DNA from: Syntrophales bacterium
GTDB lineage: Bacteria > Desulfobacterota > Syntrophia > Syntrophales > UBA2192
Assembly (NCBI GenBank): GCA_035506495.1
Contig: DATJPI010000294.1
Coordinates: forward strand, 1-55,526
Length of the DNA: 55,526 bases
Reading direction: 5' to 3'
Below the pieces are notes generated by a model. That model was not told where the DNA came from, searched no databases, and saw nothing but the letters and a program-made list of their open reading frames with translations. Every line of letters begins with the position of its first letter. Within the stretch, counting starts at the first letter, position 1. Positions 41,774 to 50,134 of this stretch are shown here, in pieces. A program made the position numbers and the translations under genes.

Positions 41774-42766
41774 ATGTTCCCCCTTCGCATGACAAAGCGA
41801 GGCCTTGCCTGCGAGGACGGCGGTTTCCACCTCGACCCCCGGGGCCCCGTGGACCGCGCCGTCATCACTCACGCGCACTCCGACCACGCCTACCGGGGAT
41901 GCCGTCACTACCTCGCAGCCCGCGAGGGCATCCACGTCCTCCGGACACGGCTGGGAAACGGGGCCTCGATCCAGCTCGTCGAATACGGAGAGGTGGTCGA
42001 TCTCAACGGCTATCGCCTGTCGCTGCACCCGGCCGGGCATATCCTGGGCTCAGCCCAGGTTCGGATCGAACGGCGGGGGTACGTAACGGTTTTCAGCGGC
42101 GACTACAAAACCCAGCCTGACCCCACCTGTACACCCTTCGAGCTTCTTCGCTGCCAGAGCTTCGTCACCGAGTCAACCTTCGGCCTGCCCGTCTACCGAT
42201 GGGACGAGTCTGCACGGATCTTCGAAGACGTCCGTTCCTGGTGGAAATCAAACCAGGAGGCGGAACGGGCCAGTGTGATCTTCGCCTATGTCCTCGGCAA
42301 AGCACAGCGCGTTCTCATGGGGCTCGATCCCTCCATGGGCCCCATCTTCACCCACAGCGACGTGGAGGAAATGAATCGGCGATACCGCATGAGCGGTGTA
42401 GCACTTCCGAACACGCTTCCCGCGGAGAAGACGGCACGGAAGAGCGATTTCAGTCGGGCGCTCATCCTCGCTCCGCCTTCAGCCCGCGGCACGGCCTGGC
42501 TGAAGCCAATGGGAGAGTGCTCGACAGCCCTGGCATCAGGCTGGATGCGAATTCGCGGAGCGCAGCTTCGTCATGGCGTCGATCAGGGTTTCGTTCTCTC
42601 AGACCACGCCGACTGGCCCGGCCTGATGGATACGATTGCAGCGACGGGAGCCGAAGAAGTCCACGTCACCCACGGGTACGTCGTCCCCCTTGTGCGCATG
42701 CTCCGGAAGAGAGGCATCGACGCCAAACCGCTGGAGGCAAGGGTTGCGGCAGTCACTTCTTCGTGA
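41774..42766 (+). CDS. Metallo-beta-lactamase fold exonuclease (ligase-associated DNA damage response exonuclease-like)
   Basis: 330-aa ORF with the motif ITHAHSDHA near the N-terminus. Size and layout fit the beta-CASP-like family. No ligase or helicase partner lies adjacent. Confidence 0.55.
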   Translation: MFPLRMTKRGLACEDGGFHLDPRGPVDRAVITHAHSDHAYRGCRHYLAAREGIHVLRTRLGNGASIQLVEYGEVVDLNGYRLSLHPAGHILGSAQVRIERRGYVTVFSGDYKTQPDPTCTPFELLRCQSFVTESTFGLPVYRWDESARIFEDVRSWWKSNQEAERASVIFAYVLGKAQRVLMGLDPSMGPIFTHSDVEEMNRRYRMSGVALPNTLPAEKTARKSDFSRALILAPPSARGTAWLKPMGECSTALASGWMRIRGAQLRHGVDQGFVLSDHADWPGLMDTIAATGAEEVHVTHGYVVPLVRMLRKRGIDAKPLEARVAAVTSS

Positions 42767-42968
42767 GATGTTTCACCGCGAAAAATAAGACGACGGCCAC
42801 AATGACAAGGAATCCCGTCAGTCGCACCAGGAGAGCAAAATCGGCATCCTCGGTGATGGAAGGCATCCCGTCCCGAAAGATCTCCTGCCGCGCCCCGTAC
42901 CAAAGCCAGGCAATCCACACAGCGGTTCCCGCCACGATCGCGACACGAATGAGCCTGCTCATCCACAT
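42753..42968 (-). CDS. Small two-TM membrane protein (paralog 1)
   Basis: 71-aa ORF with WIAWLW...GMPSITEDAD...LTGFLVIVAVVLF. It is similar to the adjacent ORF. Confidence 0.45.
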   Translation of the reverse strand: MWMSRLIRVAIVAGTAVWIAWLWYGARQEIFRDGMPSITEDADFALLVRLTGFLVIVAVVLFFAVKHLTKK

Positions 42969-42989
42969 CTCCTGCGCCGCCGGATGGTA

Positions 42990-43211
42990 TCAATCGTTGC
43001 CGTTGCGGTTTCCGATATTCTTCACGCCCAGGGCAATGAAGATGGCATTGATGACGATGAAGCCGGTCAACCAGACGTAACGGGAAACGCGGTGGTCATC
43101 GGCATCGGTGGGAATCCCCGACCGTAGCAACTCCGTTGCCAGGGGCCACCAGAGCCATGCAATGAGGACAGAGGCGGCAAGAGCGAACACAACGGATAAC
43201 CATCTTCTCAT
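42990..43211 (-). CDS. Small two-TM membrane protein (paralog 2)
   Basis: I chose the ATG at 43211, downstream of the preceding gene stop. The protein is 73 aa, with LIAWLWW...GIPTDADDH...LTGFIVINAIFI. Confidence 0.45.
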   Translation of the reverse strand: MRRWLSVVFALAASVLIAWLWWPLATELLRSGIPTDADDHRVSRYVWLTGFIVINAIFIALGVKNIGNRNGND

Positions 43212-43248
43212 GTGACTGCCTTCCTGTACATCGGCCCTGGCATTTCTG

Positions 43249-44823
43249 TCAGGCGCTTTCGACGGGCAGATGCTGCAGGGCGAATTCGTTTTTCTCCGCA
43301 TCATAGCTCAGAGACGAGTTTCGGCGCCACCGGCTGTCGTCTTCCGCCGGGAAATCGCTGCGCAGGAAGCTTCCCCGGCTCTCCTGGCGCCCTAGGCTTG
43401 CAAGGAGGATCGCGTGCAGTGTAAGGGCTGCCGCTCGGGTGTCCTCCAGAAGGGCACGAACGCCGAAACCCTCCGCCCGTATCGTCTCCAGGCGGCCCTT
43501 CACCGCTGCCAGCTGCTCGAGCCCCTTCTTCAGATTCTCTCCCGATCTGACGATTCCTGCGCATTCCCAAGCGATCGTACGGATCTCGGATAGGATAACC
43601 TGAATCTCACCGGAACCGGCAACTCTGCCCTCCCCGGTTATCCGCCGGGGCTTCTCCCGGCAAGAGGGCACGGGAATATCGCCAAGGACCCAGTCGGCAG
43701 CGGAACGACCGGCGATGGCGCCCGACACGACACACTCCGTCATCGCGTTGCCGCCCATCCGGTTCGCCCCGTGAAGACCCCACTGGATCTCCCCGCAGGC
43801 AAAGAGCCCTTCGATATCCGTCCGACCCTGGTTGTCCGTTCGGACACCACCCATCATAAAGTGGACAGCCGGTGAAACGGCAACCGGATTCGATCGGAAG
43901 TCGAATCGAAGGCGCCTGAAGATGGCCAGCGGATGGACATCCCAGGCCGAAGCGGGCACACCGCTCAAATCGAGGCAAACGGGTCCCTTCCGCCCTTCTT
44001 CAAAAAGCAGGGCGGAGAAAGCATCGCGTTTCTTGATGATCGCATCATTGACATCCCCGAGCCCATGTTTCTCGAGGATATTCTCGCCGGAGGAGGTGAC
44101 GATTTTCGCCTCCCGAGCGAAGGGCGGATAGACGATGAGGGCCGGCAGCTTCGGGTCGGCCAGGACCAGCGGGAAGAACTGGACGAATTCCATGTCCCTC
44201 AGATCGAGACCCGCCCTTGCAGCCAGGGCGTATCCCTGGCCGAGAATTTTCTTCTGGTTGTCGTGGTGGCGATAAATGGCCCCTGCACCTCCCGTCGCAA
44301 GAAGCACGGCAGGTGCGTCGATATCCATCTCCTCGCCCCTGCGGTTGAAACCGCGGATACCGCAGACCCGCCCGTTGGAACAAGGAATTTCCGAGACATA
44401 GAAACCGGGCAGGACATGAATTCCGTCGAGACCCTTCACCAACTCCGTCATCTTGCGCATGAGGAGCGCCCCCGGGATGACGGAAGGATCGGGCGATACA
44501 ACAGAGCGCTGCGCCCCCCTTTCTTTCAGCAGCACCCCTGCAGACCGCAGGAACTGAAACGCAGAGGGCGCCTCCCGGGCAACGAGCCGCACCTGGGATT
44601 CCCTGTTGAGTCCCCGCCCCGCCCGAAGTGCATCGCGGATGTAGTCATCGGGGCTGTATTTTTCGGAAGGCCCGGCAAAAAACCCATTGGCAAGCGCCGA
44701 GTTCGTACCGATCCCGATGGGGCCCCGATCGACCACAAGCACAGTGGCCCCCTCGCGAGCAGCCGCATGGGCCGCCGTCAGCCCTGCAAGGCCTGCACCG
44801 ATGATGATGATCCGTTTTGACAT
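43249..44823 (-). CDS. FAD-binding flavoprotein of the L-aspartate oxidase / succinate dehydrogenase-fumarate reductase family
   Basis: 524-aa ORF with IIIIGAGLAGLTAA at the N-terminus and ESRGSFLRSDFP near the C-terminus. Confidence 0.7.
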   Translation of the reverse strand: MSKRIIIIGAGLAGLTAAHAAAREGATVLVVDRGPIGIGTNSALANGFFAGPSEKYSPDDYIRDALRAGRGLNRESQVRLVAREAPSAFQFLRSAGVLLKERGAQRSVVSPDPSVIPGALLMRKMTELVKGLDGIHVLPGFYVSEIPCSNGRVCGIRGFNRRGEEMDIDAPAVLLATGGAGAIYRHHDNQKKILGQGYALAARAGLDLRDMEFVQFFPLVLADPKLPALIVYPPFAREAKIVTSSGENILEKHGLGDVNDAIIKKRDAFSALLFEEGRKGPVCLDLSGVPASAWDVHPLAIFRRLRFDFRSNPVAVSPAVHFMMGGVRTDNQGRTDIEGLFACGEIQWGLHGANRMGGNAMTECVVSGAIAGRSAADWVLGDIPVPSCREKPRRITGEGRVAGSGEIQVILSEIRTIAWECAGIVRSGENLKKGLEQLAAVKGRLETIRAEGFGVRALLEDTRAAALTLHAILLASLGRQESRGSFLRSDFPAEDDSRWRRNSSLSYDAEKNEFALQHLPVESA

Positions 44824-44861
44824 CTGCCTGTGAATAACCTCCCGTGTCTGTATTGCTTCTC

Positions 44862-45752
44862 CTATCCGTAACCCCTATCCCGGAGTTCTGCCAGGGAAGG
44901 AATTCCCGCCCGGCCGCCCATCTTCGTCGCCACCTTCCCTGCAGCCCAGGCGGCAAGATCAAAGCTTCTCTCGGGGTCCCAGCTCTGGAGAAGCCCGTAG
45001 GTCAGCCCTGCATGAAAGACGTCGCCGCAACCCGTCGTGTCTACGACCTCAACGGCGTAAGCGGGTTTGAAAAAGAACCGTCCGTCAAAGAGGGCCGCAT
45101 AGCCCTTCGAACCCAGAGTCACGCCGGCAATTCTCGGGCCCAGTTCGACGATCTTTCTGCATGCTCCGAGGGGATCGTCGCCGCCGACGAGGGAACGGGC
45201 GAAGGACTCCGAGGTCACAAAACAGTCGCTCAGGCGGGCCAGTTCGAGCATCCCCTCGCGGAGAGTGCCGGCATCGACGCTCACGGCAACGCCCGACCGC
45301 TTTGCCTCGGAGGCAGCCGCAAGGGAGGCCTCGATAAAGAGCCCATCGGTGTGCAGGACGCGGGAGGTGCGGAGGAGGCCAAAATCGATTTCGGCCGGCT
45401 GGAGTGCCCGGCCCGTCGGCCTCTGCCAGAAGATGGTCCGCCGTCCGCCGGGCTCCGAAGCAATGAAGGCAAACTGGGAACGCTGCCCCGGCCTTTCCAT
45501 AAGGCCCAAGGAATCAATGCCTTCGTCTCGAAGCAGCAGGGAGATCTCCTGCCCGAAAGAGTCATCCCCGACGACACCGGCGAAATGACAGGCAACCCCC
45601 CAGCGGGCAAGGGCTACGAGGGCTGTAGCAACGGGCCCGCCGCCCTGGACCATCATGTCGCTGAATTCACATTTCGAGTCGGGGGAAGGCCAGGCGGGAA
45701 TTCGCCCGATCGTGTCAAGGGAGCACTGGCCGAGGCCGAAAACGTCAGGCAT
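44862..45752 (-). CDS. PfkB-family carbohydrate kinase
   Basis: 296-aa ORF with the DTTGCGDVFHAG motif. No Shine-Dalgarno sequence is visible. The repeat array abuts the ATG. Confidence 0.8.
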   Translation of the reverse strand: MPDVFGLGQCSLDTIGRIPAWPSPDSKCEFSDMMVQGGGPVATALVALARWGVACHFAGVVGDDSFGQEISLLLRDEGIDSLGLMERPGQRSQFAFIASEPGGRRTIFWQRPTGRALQPAEIDFGLLRTSRVLHTDGLFIEASLAAASEAKRSGVAVSVDAGTLREGMLELARLSDCFVTSESFARSLVGGDDPLGACRKIVELGPRIAGVTLGSKGYAALFDGRFFFKPAYAVEVVDTTGCGDVFHAGLTYGLLQSWDPERSFDLAAWAAGKVATKMGGRAGIPSLAELRDRGYG

Positions 45753-45753
45753 A

Positions 45754-45795
45754 GGTCTGTCTGGTCTATCTCGTCTATTTCGTCTTTTTCGTCGT
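45754..45795. repeat. AGAC-type short tandem repeats in the PfkB 5' leader
   Basis: The minus strand reads ACGACGAAA AAGACGAAA TAGACGAGA TAGACCAGACAGACC, ending 1 nt before the ATG. The 14-mer AGACCAGACAGACC is identical to plus-strand 133-146, upstream of the Fe-ADH gene. Confidence 0.75.
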
Positions 45796-45834
45796 TGCTA
45801 GGCGCAAAGCGCCATAGCAATTTCCCCTCTTAGC

Positions 45835-45862
45835 CTTGTTGCTTGCTGCTTGTGGCTTGTGG
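45835..45862. repeat. Heptanucleotide array (CTTGYKG)x4
   Basis: Units are CTTGTTG CTTGCTG CTTGTGG CTTGTGG. Confidence 0.8.
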
Positions 45863-45864
45863 CT

Positions 45865-45891
45865 GCGAATGATGCCCCAGGCATCATTCGC
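45865..45891. other. Perfect 12-bp hairpin overlapping the stop codon of the TPR gene
   Basis: GCGAATGATGCC-CCA-GGCATCATTCGC, with no U-tract. Confidence 0.5.
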
Positions 45892-46810
45892 AAAGGTTGT
45901 CCGTTGCTTCTCCCTTGAGCCATCGCTCCGCGAGGGTGCGGGTCAGCGAGATGTCCTGGTTTGTGCGTTTTGCCGCGTCCTCCAACAGGCCCATCGTCGT
46001 CCGGACCTTTTCCTCCATTCCCAGCAGAGCGTAAATCCGCACGCTCTGCTCCCAGTCATTCACGGCAGCGGCATCCTCCCGAAGGCCCGCTCTGCCTCGG
46101 CCCAGGGCGGTCAGGTCATCGGCAACCCCCCTGTAAAAGCCTGCCTCGCGGTCCGCCTCGAAAGCCCTTTCCAGATACGGAATCGCTTCCTTGTACCGGT
46201 CCATGCCGAGAAGAAGATCCCCCATGGCGTAATTCGCAGCGGCCGTCCCTTCGGGATTTCTTTTGTTGATGTGCGAGAGGGCCTCCTTGAACATCGCTTC
46301 GGCCCCCTGAACATCGCCCCGTTTCTGCAGGAGGATTCCCTTCACCGTCATGGCCGGGGCGAAGGGTTTCCATCCGATGCGGATCTTCAGCGCCTCGTCT
46401 ATGTTCTTCCCGGCCGATGCATAATTTCCCGTATCGATCTGGGCCGCCGCCAGGTTCGAAAGCGTCTGGCGTACGTCTTCCCGGTCCCCAAAACCCCTGT
46501 AGATCCGGAGAGCATCCTCGAAGAAAGGGATCGCCGCCGCGGCCTCCCCCATGGCGCGATACACGACGCCGATGTTGTTCATGCTCATGGCCATGCCGCG
46601 ACTGTCCCCGACGGCCGTGAACAGTTCGTTTGCCCTGTAGAAGTGTTCCAGCGCACGAGCGTAGCATCCTCGTTCGTAGAAGGGCATTCCCTTGCTCGTC
46701 TGCACCACGCCGGCGCTGAGGTGCTCAGGAACGACCACCTCCTTGGTCCCGCCGCAGGCTGCAGCGACGAGTGCGAAAATGAAAACGATCCCCAATCTCA
46801 CGATTCTCAT
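45884..46810 (-). CDS. Tetratricopeptide-repeat lipoprotein
   Basis: 308-aa ORF. The signal peptide has a lipobox (LVAAAC). Repeated TPR-like A/Y/L-rich helices follow. Confidence 0.75.
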   Translation of the reverse strand: MRIVRLGIVFIFALVAAACGGTKEVVVPEHLSAGVVQTSKGMPFYERGCYARALEHFYRANELFTAVGDSRGMAMSMNNIGVVYRAMGEAAAAIPFFEDALRIYRGFGDREDVRQTLSNLAAAQIDTGNYASAGKNIDEALKIRIGWKPFAPAMTVKGILLQKRGDVQGAEAMFKEALSHINKRNPEGTAAANYAMGDLLLGMDRYKEAIPYLERAFEADREAGFYRGVADDLTALGRGRAGLREDAAAVNDWEQSVRIYALLGMEEKVRTTMGLLEDAAKRTNQDISLTRTLAERWLKGEATDNLCE

Positions 46811-46817
46811 GGCCGCC

Positions 46818-47765
46818 TCATTTCCTCAGACCGGCGTCCAGGTCCTTCCCCTCAGGCCTCGGGGGAAGGTTTCCCCTGACGAGAGGGTTCTTTTCGAGGG
46901 CCTTGACGACACGATTGATTTCATCCATCCCATCCCGGATTTCCTGGACGCCTCGCTTCGACGTCCGGATAACGGCGGGTATCTCCCGGCTGCCCTCCTC
47001 GAGGTTTGCCGTAATTTCACGGATTTTTTCCATGCTTTCCCGCAGATTGGCCGTCACCTCAGGGGTGACGCCCTCGATGTTCTTCAGGACGTTGTCCAAT
47101 CGTTCCATGGAGGCGTTCACCCGATTGATCAACTCGTCGGATCGCAGGAGCTGACCGGCCGTTCCTTCGCCCTCCTTCAAGCCGGTTGTGACCGTTTCCA
47201 GATTCTTCAGGTTCTTCTCGATGCTGTCGAGAGAGGAAAACAACGGCCCCTTCGGGTCCCTCAACTCGTCGATGATATCGGCCACGTTTCGGATGGTCTC
47301 CGTCAGGCGCTTGGCCGTCTCCTCCACCTCGTACTCGGCAAGGATTTCCGCGAGGGTCTTCTTCTCCTCGGATTTGATCGTTCCCCCCGGCTCGATGAGG
47401 GGACTGTCGGGCTTGCCCGGGCGTACCGACACGTACTCGGACCCGATGAACGTGGGGCTCTCGACGGTGATCACCGTGTCCTGACGGAACCGGGTATGAT
47501 ATTCCTCGAAAATCGACATCTGCACACGGACGGCGTCACCCACCAATTCCACTCGTTTCACCTGACCGATCTCTGCTTTGTACAACTTCACGGAGGAGCC
47601 CGGCGATAGGTTGTAGTTCTCCTTGAACTGAGCGTAGTAGGTCACCGTCGGTCGAAACCAGTCCTTGCCCCTGCCGATGAGGACGACAGAGCCCACCATA
47701 AGGGCAAGAACGGCAATGAGAAAAATGCCGACGATTCGATCCATCCTGCTGAATTTCAGTTCCAT
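46818..47765 (-). CDS. MlaD/MCE-domain protein
   Basis: 315-aa ORF with an N-terminal transmembrane anchor. The MCE domain has YYAQFKENYNLSPGSSVKLYKAEIGQVKRVEL and is followed by a long helical C-terminus. Confidence 0.8.
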   Translation of the reverse strand: MELKFSRMDRIVGIFLIAVLALMVGSVVLIGRGKDWFRPTVTYYAQFKENYNLSPGSSVKLYKAEIGQVKRVELVGDAVRVQMSIFEEYHTRFRQDTVITVESPTFIGSEYVSVRPGKPDSPLIEPGGTIKSEEKKTLAEILAEYEVEETAKRLTETIRNVADIIDELRDPKGPLFSSLDSIEKNLKNLETVTTGLKEGEGTAGQLLRSDELINRVNASMERLDNVLKNIEGVTPEVTANLRESMEKIREITANLEEGSREIPAVIRTSKRGVQEIRDGMDEINRVVKALEKNPLVRGNLPPRPEGKDLDAGLRK

Positions 47766-47787
47766 GATTGCCTCGCTTTGCTTCTCG

Positions 47788-48459
47788 TCAACTGACGCTC
47801 ACGACGCCTTCCCGGATGTGGATCTCTTTTTTTTTGAGCAGGCGATCGACCTCGGGCAATATGGCGTAGAAGACGCAGGGAATCCCCGACTCGATCCTTT
47901 TCCGCACCATCTCAATGTACCTTTCGACAACGGGCCGGGCAAGAACGACAAAGGCCTGCTCGAGGAGAAATACCTCGGCACCCTTCGTGATCTCCCGGAT
48001 GATGACGGCGGCTCGCGCATCTTCCGGTGCGACCTGGGAGGGACGCAGGTCGAGCTTGCCCTCGATGCCGAAGAGTCGGCACAGGGAAAGGACATCCTCG
48101 CCCAGCTCCAGGCCCAAAGAATTTTCGAAGTAATAACGGGCGAGAAGCAGATTCGTTCTCAGCGTCCGGTTGCCGATCAGGGCCGCATCAGACCCCAGGT
48201 ACCCGATCCTTCTGCGGATCGGCAAGAGTGTTCTGTGCTTGGCAAAGTTCAGTGCCTCCCCCTTGTAAAAGTACGTTCCTTCCTCCGGGGGCTCCAGAGT
48301 CGCCAAGGCCCTCAGGAAGAGGTGGGCATCGTCGATCCGGTCGGCATGAAGGCAGTATGCGTCCCCCGGCTCAAGCGAGAAGGAGAACTTCTGCAGCCCC
48401 TTCCCCCGACCCGTGGGGGCATGTGCATAATCTCTCAATTCGATGATGGCCAATGTCAC
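47788..48459 (-). CDS. Degenerate ABC ATPase-like protein (MlaF position, catalytic motifs lost)
   Basis: 223-aa ORF between the MlaE-like and MlaD-like genes. By eye alignment the Walker A position reads HADRIDDA, the signature region RPSQVAPED and the Walker B region VFLLEQA. Confidence 0.55.
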   Translation of the reverse strand: MTLAIIELRDYAHAPTGRGKGLQKFSFSLEPGDAYCLHADRIDDAHLFLRALATLEPPEEGTYFYKGEALNFAKHRTLLPIRRRIGYLGSDAALIGNRTLRTNLLLARYYFENSLGLELGEDVLSLCRLFGIEGKLDLRPSQVAPEDARAAVIIREITKGAEVFLLEQAFVVLARPVVERYIEMVRKRIESGIPCVFYAILPEVDRLLKKKEIHIREGVVSVS

Positions 48460-48463
48460 GCTC

Positions 48464-49240
48464 CTATAAGAAAAAGGCGGCGTAGAGAATGAAATTCACC
48501 GTCATGCAGAAAATGAGGCACGCCACAGCTCCCCGCGAAGCGGCAACAGGAATCTCCGTGATCCCCCTTTCGATGGCCAGCCCGTGGTAGAGCGAAATCA
48601 CGGTGATCCCCACGCCGAAAAAAAAGCACTTCAGGGCAACGAGGGCGATGTCCAGACCCGTAACGGCCTTCCCGATCTGGGATAGAAAATTCTGCAGGGG
48701 CAGCGTCGTCAGCGCCCAGGCGATGGCATACCCCCCCAGGACGGAGGTGATACAGCAAATGGTGATCAGGCAGAACATCGATATGGTGATCCCGATCATC
48801 CGGGGCACCGACAGGATGTCGAGGGGGTCCATTCCCTGGAGCTCCAGCGCTTCCACTTCGTGCAGGACATTCATGTAACCCGTTTCGATGGTCATGGCGG
48901 TGGCGGACCGGAGAATCACAATAAGCGCCGTGATGAGCGGCACGAACTCGCGGATGAGCAGGGCCACGGTGATCTTCCCAAGGTCATACTGTGCGGCAAC
49001 ACCGGAAAACTGGAGGATCATCATACTGCCCAGCAAAAGAGATATGGGAATAACAATCCACAATGCTTCGATGGCAGTAAAGTAAATCTGTTCAATGACG
49101 ATTCGCATCCTTAACCGGCGGCCAACTCGCGGATTGACGACGATCTGACGCAGGATGCGGTAAAAAAAAGCTCCCTGATCCGCATAACGGTTCAACCGTT
49201 GCATTGTCTGTCTGCCGATGTACCCGACGTAATCCTGCAA
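48464..49240 (-). CDS. MlaE-family ABC transporter permease
   Basis: 258-aa polytopic ORF with a typical MlaE layout. It lies 4 nt upstream of the ATPase-like gene. Confidence 0.8.
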   Translation of the reverse strand: MQDYVGYIGRQTMQRLNRYADQGAFFYRILRQIVVNPRVGRRLRMRIVIEQIYFTAIEALWIVIPISLLLGSMMILQFSGVAAQYDLGKITVALLIREFVPLITALIVILRSATAMTIETGYMNVLHEVEALELQGMDPLDILSVPRMIGITISMFCLITICCITSVLGGYAIAWALTTLPLQNFLSQIGKAVTGLDIALVALKCFFFGVGITVISLYHGLAIERGITEIPVAASRGAVACLIFCMTVNFILYAAFFL

Positions 49241-49424
49241 TGGACGGCCCCCGGATGAGTTCCTGCCTCACGACGTAACTGCGGTAAAACTTTAAACTAA
49301 ACCGCTGGGCGCGTCAATCGTGAAGTCTCCTGCGGTCCCGCTTCCGCTGTGGCGAAAGGGCCTTCTCCGCAGCGCGGCGCGAAAGCAACCCCGCCCTGCC
49401 CATGGAAAGAAAAGCGGAGAAAGG

Positions 49425-49462
49425 AAAGGGAAAATAAAGAACGGCCCGGGTGAACCGGGCCG
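49425..49462 (-). terminator. Intrinsic terminator after leuD
   Basis: On the minus strand, CGGCCCGG-TTCAC-CCGGGCCG is followed by TTCTTTATTTTCCC. Confidence 0.75.
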
Positions 49463-49489
49463 GGATCGGTTCGATGGCGCCGCATCGCG

Positions 49490-49993
49490 TCAGGAGCGTA
49501 CCTGGAGCTTTTCCTTCTTAATGTGTTCGACGAGCCCTCCTGCCCGGATGAGCCGTTCCATGAAGGGTGGGATTGGACGAGCGCTATAGGTTTTGCCCCG
49601 GCTGAGGTTCGTGATCGTTCCCGCGGTGAGATCGACGGCAAGCCGATCACCTTCCTGAAGATCTTCCGCCGCCTCCTGAGACTCCAGGAGGGGAAGGCCG
49701 ATATTGAAGGCGTTGCGGTAGAAAATCCGGGCGAAGCTCTTAGCGATCACGACGGCAACCCCGGAGGCCTTGATGGCGATGGGGGCATGCTCCCGGGAGG
49801 AGCCACAGCCAAAGTTTCTCCCCGCCACGATCACATCGCCCTTTGCAACGGTCGCCGCATAATCGGGACGGGCATCGGCAAAGCCGTTTTTCGCGAGAGC
49901 GGTCGGGTCGGATACGTTGCAGTACCGGGCCGGGATGATCATGTCCGTATCCACATCATCGCCAAACTTCCAGACTCTGCCTTCATTCTTCAT
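49490..49993 (-). CDS. leuD: 3-isopropylmalate/(R)-citramalate dehydratase small subunit
   Basis: 167-aa ORF with [13 protein letters not shown]. Confidence 0.88.
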   Translation of the reverse strand: MKNEGRVWKFGDDVDTDMIIPARYCNVSDPTALAKNGFADARPDYAATVAKGDVIVAGRNFGCGSSREHAPIAIKASGVAVVIAKSFARIFYRNAFNIGLPLLESQEAAEDLQEGDRLAVDLTAGTITNLSRGKTYSARPIPPFMERLIRAGGLVEHIKKEKLQVRS

Positions 49994-50010
49994 AATGTCT
50001 CCTTGCAGTC

Positions 50011-50102
50011 GACATCGGCTTCAGGCATCGGGCTGCAGGCTTCAGGATAAGAGATGGTGTTTTCCCCTTCTATCCCGAATCCCGAGGCCAGAAGCCGGAA
50101 GC
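50011..50102. repeat. Two heptanucleotide arrays inside the leuC-leuD spacer
   Basis: The first array (50011-50046) is (GCWTCRG)x5: GACATCG GCTTCAG GCATCGG GCTGCAG GCTTCAG. The second (50075-50102) is (CNGARGC)x4. Confidence 0.85.
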
Positions 50103-50134
50103 CCTCGATGGTTTTCGATGGAGCTCCCGCTAGA

